Assembly (NCBI GenBank): GCA_022813965.1
Contig: JALDZS010000240.1
Coordinates: 1-32,163, forward strand
Reading direction: 5' to 3'
Origin: Toensbergia leucococca
Lineage: Eukaryota
DNA length: 32,163 bases
Shown here: positions 11,558-20,058 of the stretch, piece after piece
Layout of the letters: every line of letters begins with the position of its first letter
How positions within the stretch are numbered: the first letter of the stretch is position 1
The notes under the pieces: model-generated
Database searches by the model: none
Seen by the model: only the letters and a program-made list of their open reading frames with translations
Told to the model about the DNA's origin: nothing
Translations under genes and position numbers: made by a program

Positions 11558-11693
11558 ACTTGGCGGAGTGGAAGCCTTGACAGGACGAGGTTGTCGTAGG
11601 TTGTGGGCTTGGCCTGCTAGTGATCAATTTGAAGAAGTTTTAAGCGAGATTGAGCTCCCTAATGTCTTGGTAAACTTGGCGGAGGCGGAGTGG
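11558..11693 (-). promoter_or_regulatory. Cluster of PacC-type (GCCAAG x3) and CreA-type (GCGGAG x3) motifs upstream of the pepsin-like gene
   Basis: ACTTGGCGGAG occurs twice (11558-11568, 11674-11684), with an extra CTTGGC at 11608-11613 and GCGGAG at 11685-11690. These match the consensus sites GCCARG and SYGGRG, 130-260 bp upstream of ATG 11429. Confidence 0.4.
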
Positions 11694-11709
11694 CGTCTAA
11701 ACGGCGCCC

Positions 11710-11960
11710 ACCTCTACTACTCACTCTAAGACACCCACTATTCGAAGAGAAGCAGACAGCAAAAAGTGACAAGGCGATCCTCCTACCCGTGGACAATACA
11801 ACCTAAGTTTTCCCTAAACTGTCTTGCCTCGCCTCGGATCCAGCTTGTCCACATTCAATAAATCCCTCATCTTACCAAGAATAAGGCTGAATACGACATT
11901 GAACAGACTATTCGCCCTCGTCACCTGTCGCATCTGTCAAAGTCATTCATCAAGCATCTC
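11710..11960 (-). repeat. Dispersed repeat copy A (CpG-retaining); reverse complement aligns with ~17400-17770
   Basis: Reverse complement reads CTTTGACAGATGCGACAGGTGACGAGGGCGAATAGTCTGTTCAATGTCG...ATTGAATGTGGAC...AAGACAGTTTAG...GGTAGGAGGATCGC, colinear with 17434-17605. Confidence 0.85.
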
Positions 11961-12149
11961 CCTCTTCACTACTCGTCCGGTCAGCAGTCTTTCCTCAGCA
12001 CTTTAACCCTCACCCTTGACCTGACTCAATTTTAGAAAGATCTTTCCCTTGATCCCTTTTGACCTTTCACGACCTTATATGCTTGAATCCTGCAATCTGT
12101 ACAAACGTATCCGTAATATGCAATTTATAGATCTTAGTGAAACCCATAT

Positions 12150-12930
12150 GTTTTTTGAAACAGAGAGCTTCTGTAATGATCTCGCGAGGATGACCTTTTT
12201 GAATTGGTTGAAGCCTTTTCTGTCAATTGGTACAAAACATCATGAAACGTCACGTCGCCTTGTATCAATTCAAACTTTCTTGCTCATCTCTTCAGGAAAG
12301 CCCAAACATAGTGTCCTGGCAGCAGTTGCAGCAGGATCCGGGAAGCTCTGGCGCTAATATTGTCAGCCCCGAAGACTCACCTCCTGCCGGCTGTCAAGAA
12401 GTGGCGGGGAACGGATGGGCCGGCGAAGGGTCCAAAAGTTGTGGCAGTAATGGAAACGGACCTTACGCGACTATGAGTAACAGGGTCTAGGTACAAATCG
12501 GCATCGACTTTAACCACGTGAACCTTATACATTAGCAGAGTCGTCCACGTCGTGCAGTATTCTTGCGTAGGTACAATAGTAATAGGTGACGAACGACTGA
12601 TGCCCGCGATCAGCCTGAAAATGGCAAAAGCAGGCTGATTTGAGCCTAAAGCGAAAGCCATGGCGAGAACCGCAAATCCGGCGCATGTATAGATCACGAT
12701 TGGCCCGTGGTCATGTTTCTCGCTCGACGGCCGGAAAAGAGGTGGTTCCAACACATAGATGATAAGATACACGGAGTAGGCAAGTATCAATTCCTTTTGG
12801 TTAGTAAAGCGGGACTCTTGGGGTAGGAGAGTCAGCACGCCGCTTTGCAAAGAGCCAAGGTACTGATGCAGATGCAAATATTTGAAACTGTAATCATGCG
12901 AATAATGACGATAAGCGCTTCTCTATCCAG
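12150..12930 (-). pseudogene. Fossil MFS multidrug transporter (DHA1 family), N-terminal half
   Basis: Reads LGSLQSG..TNQKELILAYSVYLIIYVLEPPLFRPSSEKHDHGP..FRLIAGISRSSPITIV..ADLYLDPVTHSR..ATTFGPFAGP..GRR*VF..LLPGHY..LKR*ARKV*. This is a decayed version of the DHA1 pattern GPLLFGPLSE.YGRR, AD.Y..P..RG, GP..GP, WRW.F, LPETY...IL.RRA. Multiple stops and a frameshift. Confidence 0.75.
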
Positions 12931-12981
12931 ATACCTTGAGATGTGCCAAACTCCTACAATTATCAACAAAAGCCGTGCTCC

Positions 12982-14120
12982 CTAGAATATGGCTAGAATA
13001 TTTGGTGGACTATCATGTTGGCATCAGCAGATTGCCATAAATAACAGATTCAGTATTAGGACAATGTACGAACCTCGCCACACCACCAGGAACATTACAC
13101 ACCTCACTTGAAACGAAGAAAGACCAACGTCCCACTTTCTTACAATGCTCGGCCAATTTCTCGCAGTCGAACATCTCGCCGATAGGACAAGACCAGCCTG
13201 CAAGTAATATCTCATGGAGCATGAATTCACGCTGAGAAGCTGGGTCATGAATGTCAGCATCGTAGGCAGACCTGAAGATGGTATATAGCAGGAATCCTAC
13301 GCCAGCATTCAAAGGCCGGTTGATCGCCGGCGACGGCAGAGAAATTGTCCCAGATCCATTCAAGAACTGTCTCGCTTTGCTCAACACCCGAAAGGGGTGG
13401 CGGGGCGACTTTGGCGTAGGCATCGCGATCTATAGAAGAGAGGGAGTTGTATGCAGCAATATAGCCTGACCTTATGATTAAAATGTCGCCATGTCTAATC
13501 TGTGTCCCTTGTGATTCTGCAATAGCTTTCAATTGCTCCAGCTTAATGCATCCCGTATCAAACGGGTTATACCGAATCTTGTTCTCTAGCCGCCATGAGT
13601 GAAAGTCAAGGAGGATGCCGCGGCCTACAATTCCCTTTTCGGCCTAAGCCTGGATGCCGTTTATATCGCCGCCTTTGCTGCCATGGATATCGTCGAGCGT
13701 GACACCATTGTAGAACTTGGCTTCTTTCTGATAGCCAAAGTGCCGAAGACCGTCCCATTGAGATGATGATTGGCTATTGAAGGTCCAGACATCATCGTTG
13801 ACAATACGAGGGGCTTTTTGGTACATATTCTGGTGGAAGGCTTGGCGACCGAAGCCAGGGACTCTCTGGGCGTTGAGGGGCCAATTTAAAGAGATCCTAG
13901 CAGGGAATGTTCAAGCTGGATGGGATAGGCCAAGTGAGGTGGCTTACCTGAGGCCAGTCCGGATCTCTTCTTTTGCTGCACGCAGCACAACGTCATCTGT
14001 TAGTCTATTCAGGGTACCCAACTCGTCTTTATCGCCGTAAAGACCCCAGGCAGAGTAAGGTGGATCTCCTTTTCTCAAAGGGAGTTCTGAAAATGCTGGG
14101 AGTGCCTTTGGCATTGTCAT
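12982..14120 (-). pseudogene. Cyclase family (kynurenine formamidase-like, PF04199-type) gene, ~320 codons, 4 exons (14120-13948, 13896-13301, 13239-13074, 13009-12982), with a single in-frame TAG at 13646-13644
   Basis: Motifs SAWGLYGDKDELGTLNRLT, FNSQSSSQWDGLRHF, GIQA*AEKGIVGRGILLD, GDILIIRSG, AVAGDQPAFE, LHEILLAGWSCPIGEMFD and NVPGGVASPPNILAIF*. Three GT-AG introns. The frame is otherwise open. Confidence 0.85.
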
Positions 14121-14589
14121 AAGTTTCTTGCGGGAGGATTGATAAGCATAGATCCGAGGATCCCTGACAAAGGTCCATCGATTGAGGACTTGTGTAATCT
14201 TCTCTTTAGTGGGTCATTCTCTACTCGTTGGTCTTGGTATCAAAATCTAATTGGTTGAAGCTGTTTCAGATCAAAGTCTGTAAGGCGCATTCCTCGATTT
14301 GGTGTTGCAATGGGCAATGGGCAATGGACACAGCCTGGTGGCTTGTCAAGCATCATTTGACCCCGGCCTTGGCTTCGGCCCGAGCCGCGTCGGGTCTCGC
14401 TATTTAGAGAAGAAGGCTACTCCTCGACTCGAGGAGTCAGTGCAAGTAATCCTTGAATGTAGTTGATTTTCATGTGCAATAAAGAATATGGATGACAAAG
14501 AACATGGAGAGGTATAAAATTCCAGTCAGATCCTTACGGCATCATGATGTTGCCCCATGCGATGGTTTATCTCTGTACCGGGTAGGATA

Positions 14590-14745
14590 CTCGTGGTTAC
14601 CCTACAATGCGGCAAACCTATCAATGCGGCACTAAACCCCTTTCAGCTAATATGCCTCTAGCTCACGATCTAAGATATGACTCACTAGCTGAAAGGGGTT
14701 TAGTGCCGCATCGATAGGTTTGCCGCATTGTAGGGTAACCACGAG
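14590..14745. mobile_element. MITE (156 bp; 60-bp TIRs, 36-bp spacer, TA target-site duplication), Tc1/mariner-type
   Basis: 14590-14649 (CTCGTGGTTACCCTACAATGCGGCAAACCTATCAATGCGGCACTAAACCCCTTTCAGCTA) is the reverse complement of 14686-14745 with one mismatch. TA at 14588-14589 and 14746-14747. Internal direct repeat CAATGCGGCA x2 in the left TIR. Confidence 0.9.
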
Positions 14746-15234
14746 TAGGGCTAAGGGGGCTGGGGAGCTAGATTGGAAAGGTCTCATGCAAGGCTTTCTC
14801 TTGTCCAACGAGCAGCGACAGCGTTGCGTGTTGGTGGCTTCATTCTAGTGACATTCGAGGATTCTAGTGACATCCTAGCAGTGTCGAATTTTATGGGGAA
14901 GAGAACACGGCTCATATGGCGCCAGATTTGGCGAGGTCATGTGTCGAATCCTTCCTGATCCTCGATTCTAATCATTACTGGTCTCGGAAAGAAAAGATAC
15001 TTTGTCATGTTTTCACCATCCATTGATGCATCACGTCCTTTGACTTTGATCTCGAAGCCTGATAGCAAAGAGATTCGAGTACAATAAGCCTCGTTCGTCC
15101 GAACCCATGACCGCGTCTTGAGAAAGAAACCAACTTTTTGTTTTGTATTGCTAGTCTGTATCATCATGCCTTTGCCTCACTTTTTCGTCTCCTCTCTACA
15201 ACTCAGGTTGAACTCTGAAAGCTTCAAACCCCCA

Positions 15235-16998
15235 ATGACATATGAGCCTTTGAAGAACATTAAGAACACGCGCATCATACAGCTCGAGCCAGCATCTGGC
15301 TCTCAGTCGCTCGTTTGCAACCTCCGAGAAATTTCCGTGACTGATAGTTGTGAGACATATGATGCACTATCCTACACTTGGGGTGAATTTAAGAGCCCAA
15401 AGACAATCACATGTGACGGACATTCAGTATCCATAACCAACCACCTGCATTGTGCATTACAACATTTACGCAGTCCGGATGCTGCCATCACATTATGGGT
15501 TGATCAGCTTTGTATTGATCAGACCAATGTGGAAGAGCGGGGCCGACAAGTTCAGTTGATGGAAAGAATTTACCGGCAAGCTCAACGGGTAGTCGTCTGG
15601 CTTGGAGATGAAGATGGTAATAGCAGGCTTGTATGGAAGCTTATGAGAAAATTACTGCACATAGACGAGACATCACCTGCCGTTGTGCTTGCGAGAAATA
15701 ACCTTGAAAGTCTCGGACTACCTGGATGGCGCTCTATGGAATGGAAAAATCTAGAGAAGTTTCTAGATCGTCCATGGTTTAAGCGTATTTGGGTCTTGCA
15801 AGAGGTCGTCGTGTCTACTCATGCCATAGTCAAATGTGGACAGGACAGTCTCTTGTGGGAAGAGATGGTGAGGGTCATCAAACGCGTGAAATTTGCCGGT
15901 CTTTCAACGTCTGGTGAGGCAAGTTATGCTGAACATAGACTTTCATGTGAGCTTGTAACACAGATGGACCACGTCAGAAACTATCAAAAGCAAGGTCAAC
16001 AACGGGTAAATTTCTTTCATCTTCTCATGAGCTGCAGAAATCGAGCGGCAACAGATTCCAGGGACAAGATCTTTGCTCTTCTTGGCCTGGGATATTATGA
16101 CATAAATCCTGACTATTCAAAGACCGAGACGGAGGTTTACCTCGAGCTAGCTACCTATCATGTCTCCCAGATCATTCCTGGGGGACGTTGGCAAAGATTA
16201 AGCCACCCTCAGAAAGCTGAATGGCTTTCAGACCTACTACTTTGTGCATGCAATGCACCTATTCAGCGTCTTCAAGGCCAACTGCCATCTTGGGTCCCGG
16301 ACTGGAAAGACGGTACACAAAGGGAGCCAATTGTCAGATTTGGGAAAAAGTGTATCATATCAGCTTACAATGCTGGGGGCGACTCGCTCGGCATGGTCCA
16401 AATCTGTAACGACACTCAGCTTCATCTCTCCGGCAAAATTGTCGACACCGTGGCGATGGCTGGCACGGCACAGATAAAGCTCCCGAATCGTATGTTTGTA
16501 ACGAAACACCACGGGGTTATCTCTGCTTGGTTTGCCGAAAGCAACATTATAGCAACCTATTGCCCTCAACCCTACCCGACAGGAGAACCCATGAATGAAG
16601 TTTACAAGCGAACTTTGGTGGTAAACAGGGCGCCGGAAGGTGGCGAGGCATCCCTTCAATATGTCGAGACTCAATATGGATCTTTGATCAGCTTCCTGCG
16701 AGGACAGATGGCTTGCATGGATTTCGCAGCTTTTCACGAAAGGCACTCTCAACTACTCCAAGGATTAGCCGAAGGGCGAGTCCTCATTCTCACGAAGAGG
16801 GGATATCTGGGCTTAGCACCCTGGGGAACGAGAATCGGCGACTCCGTGTGTGTTCTTCTCGGAATGCCTACCCCCACAATACTTCGATCGGAGTTCGACC
16901 ACTTCAAACTCGTTGGCGAATGCTATGTGCACGGAATCATGAAAGGAGAAATTATGAAAGACGAGCGTATACCAGTGGAGACTGTAATACTAAGATAG
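15235..16998 (+). CDS. Heterokaryon incompatibility HET-domain protein, HET-6-like architecture (~587 aa; alternative in-frame ATG at 15166)
   Basis: YDALSYTWG, LWVDQLCIDQ, QVQLMERIYRQAQRVVVWLG, RPWFKRIWVLQE, ATDSRDKIFALLG, LPSWVPDW, GYLGLAP..TRIGD and LVGECYVHGIMKGE. Intronless open frame. Confidence 0.93.
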   Translation: MTYEPLKNIKNTRIIQLEPASGSQSLVCNLREISVTDSCETYDALSYTWGEFKSPKTITCDGHSVSITNHLHCALQHLRSPDAAITLWVDQLCIDQTNVEERGRQVQLMERIYRQAQRVVVWLGDEDGNSRLVWKLMRKLLHIDETSPAVVLARNNLESLGLPGWRSMEWKNLEKFLDRPWFKRIWVLQEVVVSTHAIVKCGQDSLLWEEMVRVIKRVKFAGLSTSGEASYAEHRLSCELVTQMDHVRNYQKQGQQRVNFFHLLMSCRNRAATDSRDKIFALLGLGYYDINPDYSKTETEVYLELATYHVSQIIPGGRWQRLSHPQKAEWLSDLLLCACNAPIQRLQGQLPSWVPDWKDGTQREPIVRFGKKCIISAYNAGGDSLGMVQICNDTQLHLSGKIVDTVAMAGTAQIKLPNRMFVTKHHGVISAWFAESNIIATYCPQPYPTGEPMNEVYKRTLVVNRAPEGGEASLQYVETQYGSLISFLRGQMACMDFAAFHERHSQLLQGLAEGRVLILTKRGYLGLAPWGTRIGDSVCVLLGMPTPTILRSEFDHFKLVGECYVHGIMKGEIMKDERIPVETVILR

Positions 16999-17179
16999 AT
17001 CATCGCGGCCGCAAATTACACTATGAAATGGCATAGATCTCAAGCGGCGACTTTCGGTGGAAATTATAAGTTTCCTTTCCCGAGATGGAGTTTCAAAGAC
17101 GTCCAGATATTATTTGGCCTCTAGAGTGCGTGACCTATCTGAGTCACAAACACTCTTCAATCACATCCCTGGGTCCTAA

Positions 17180-17800
17180 CAGGGTTGAGCGCTGGAGCTA
17201 GGTGTGCCAACAGCTACATTCTCATGTATAGGAACAACGATTTCAAGGATAGCAGGTCGACCGAGTATATAAGCGCCATGTGATTGTTGTGAGATAGTGT
17301 CCACTCCAAGCTTGAAACAATCATCAACTAAGCTCTGTTGATCGTCACTCAGTCAGAGTTCAACACACCTTCAGATCTCTGACAAATCAATAATTTCTAA
17401 ATGCTTGATAATTTGTGCAAGTGCTGAAACAGCTTTGACAGATGTGAAAGGTGATGAGGGTGATTCATCTGTTCAATGTCATAATAAGTCTTATCTTTTG
17501 ACAAAGTGAGAGATTCATTGAATGTGAACAGACTGAATCTAAGATGAGGAAAGACAGTTTAATAAAACACTTAGATTGCATTGATCACAGGTAGAAGAAT
17601 CACTTAAGACTTAATTAAATTTTCTTTTACTATGTTGCTTTTTCTAAAGTAGGGGGGTTTTTTTAAGGAGAAAGGAGAGAGTGATCGGAGAGCAGAAGAG
17701 AAAGAAGAAGAAGACAGTGTAAGTGATTGAGTATAAGTGTAAGTAAGGGTTCAGAATGAGTAGAAAAAGAATCTATCTAGGGGTGAGTGAGTATATAACC
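17180..17800 (-). repeat. Dispersed repeat copy B / hypermutated gene relic (inverted paralog of 11710-11960)
   Basis: CpG- and CC/GG-depleted. 17434-17605 aligns with the reverse complement of 11773-11943. On the minus strand a TATA-like box (~17795) and CT-rich leader precede a frame broken mainly by TGA (..SVKAVSALAQIIKHLEIIDLSEI*RCVEL*LSDDQQSLVDDCFKLG..). Confidence 0.65.
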
Positions 17801-18209
17801 CGCTCACTTATCTGATCACATGATCAGATCTATCTAGTTTCATAGGGTTTCATAAGCCCTAATGGTGATCATTGAATCAGTTCAGGGGGAAACTGTAACA
17901 CAAACCTGATCTATATCTGACATTAGAAAAGGCTTTGTTCACATATGTCGTTCAAGTAAAATCACTGTCCTCAACTGAACAAAGTTCAACATTCACATCT
18001 CAACTCAACGTTCACCCACATCCCATCTCATACAAACGCATTGTTCAAACACCCCCTATCTCTTAGAACCTCAATTTTCACCATCCTTAGACCCCTCAAA
18101 ACCCTCCATTCCAACACTATAAAAACCTCCCCCTCTCCCTCTCCCCCTCACCCCTCTTCCTCTCAACCCTCCCAACCCCCATACCGACACAAAAGCCAAA
18201 CCCCAAAAA

Positions 18210-18761
18210 ATGTGCTTCCTAACAGTCTACCGCCACTCCTCCTGCGGCCACATAACCAACCTAACAGTCACCAGTCCCTGCCCCGCCCACTTCCTCGAAC
18301 CCCACTCCCCCATCGGCGAAACCTACGAAATCGTCGAAGAAAAACCCGTCCCCGACCGCCCCCTCTGCCACAAATGCTACATCAGCCTCCTCGACGCCTT
18401 TCAAGCGCATTGCGATGGGCTGGTGGCCCACGACGGGCTCCGGCGCAGCGAGCTGATGCGCATAGTCGCCGAGTCGAGTAAATGGCGCGCGAGGTATCAT
18501 GCTCTGGTAAATGAGTATGGGGTTTGTGAGACTGAGTGGGCGGGGCCGCGAGGAGAGACGCAGTTTGTGCGGGTGAGGGATGAGGAGTTTTTGAGGAGGT
18601 TGATGAGGAGGGAGAGGGAGGAGGAGGAGGAGGGAGGAGATGGTGAGGAGGAGTGGTATTCGCCGAGTGAGGATTATCGTTCTGGTGAAGAGGAGGTGGA
18701 AGAAGAGGAGGAGGTGGAAGAAGAGGAGGAGGTGGAGGAAGAGGAGGAGGAAGAGGGATAG
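18210..18761 (+). CDS. Small hypothetical protein with N-terminal MC-x-CGH-x-C...CxxC motif and Glu-rich C-terminal repeats (183 aa)
   Basis: ATG in AAAAATG context after a TATAAAA box (~18118) and C-rich leader. Reads MCFLTVYRHSSCGH...PC...LCHKC. The tail is encoded by 18-bp repeats (GAAGAGGAGGAGGTGGAA) at about 18688-18755. Confidence 0.7.
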   Translation: MCFLTVYRHSSCGHITNLTVTSPCPAHFLEPHSPIGETYEIVEEKPVPDRPLCHKCYISLLDAFQAHCDGLVAHDGLRRSELMRIVAESSKWRARYHALVNEYGVCETEWAGPRGETQFVRVRDEEFLRRLMRREREEEEEGGDGEEEWYSPSEDYRSGEEEVEEEEEVEEEEEVEEEEEEEG

Positions 18762-20058
18762 GGATAGAGGCTTAGCAGAGAGGAAGTAGTACCGGAAGAG
18801 ATGGGATAGAGGTGAGTTTTCCTTTTCCTTGTTGAGCGAGGGAGGAGTGCTTGGCCTGGAGCTTGGATCTCAAGAGAGTTGGCGAAGAGTACCTAGGTGA
18901 GCTCGCTTCTCTTTTCTGTGAATTTTGCACTGGGGAGGGATTTTGATCTAGGCCATCTGCGTTAAAGGACAAGCAGAGGAGATTGAGTTGTGTTTGAACG
19001 GAGTTTATAGATTTCTGTATGCTTTTCTCTTATCCGCATTAGGAGGGCGCTTCGATCTGGCTTTTCGGCGCAAAATGACATTAGATAGCCATACATCTAG
19101 GTGTGTGCGTGCAGGTAATTGAGCAAAGGCATATATCTTCTCCTGGCAGACGAATGCTCGTAAACAGTCGTTACACAATTCCTATAATTTTCTCGTTGGA
19201 GGACGCCGGCGACTCTCATTGTGGATCTAGAGGCAAATCACAGCAAGGATGTAGAGTAGAAGAGGAAGAGATCATAGCGGGCTTCTTTGTTATTGAAGTG
19301 CCATTCATAATTACCGGCATGGTCATGGTTGCTGGTAATGTCTTTCTTAGCTGGGTGAAGCGTGGGACAGAGAAGGACATGTTGAAGCAACGGCTTCGGC
19401 ATGTCGGTGTGGTTATAGACGGGAGGATTGATAACAAGGTGGGTTTTCTTTGATATAAAAGAGGTCTCTATCCTACCATAAGACCTATCAAATGTATATC
19501 AGACGTGCTTTGATGGCTTGACGGTGGACTCAAAGGGGATGGAAGGGGTTGAAAAGGATGCTTGAGAGGCCGTTTGTGAAACTTGATGAAGAGAATGAAA
19601 TTAGGGTGATTAGTAGTCGCCTGATTTCCTCAACTGAAAATTGTTTTCAGTCCTTTAATGTTGAGATTGAGTGAAAGATACGTGATACATAACTTCTGAA
19701 AATGATGTTGGGAGCTTTATGTAATGTATAACGGCCAGGTATCCAGACGTCCGCAGCATACGCAAGATGAAGCAAAGTATCACAATCATGCGTACATGTG
19801 ATCCAATCAGTAAAGCAGAAAAGACAAGAGAAGAACACACCATTGAATTAAAGAATCTCCAAATCTTGATTTTCCCTCTCTAGCAAAAGAAACAAAACTG
19901 CAAACATGAGAAAGTGGCACGCTCCAAGTAGAGAATAAGGTAAGGAAAAGACTACACTCAACTATCGAACATGGACCCCAGCCAGCCGTTCGCAGGTTCG
20001 TCTTCCCCGTCGGCCTTGTCGAAAAGCCCGCCAGGCTTTCTATAAAACAGCACTCGTA

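Noticed and set aside
14773..14958. 61-aa ORF with ALRVGGFILVT resembling a methyltransferase strand, plus the direct repeat ATTCTAGTGACAT x2
   Set aside because: Too short, non-ATG start, no SAM-binding motif.
15118..15234. N-terminal hydrophobic extension of the HET ORF that looks like a signal peptide
   Set aside because: It depends on a TTG start. HET-6-like proteins are cytosolic and typically begin just before the Y.PL motif, matching ATG 15235.
19103..19453. Overlapping 116-aa (+) and 73-aa (-) ORFs
   Set aside because: Non-ATG starts, no domain or splice support.
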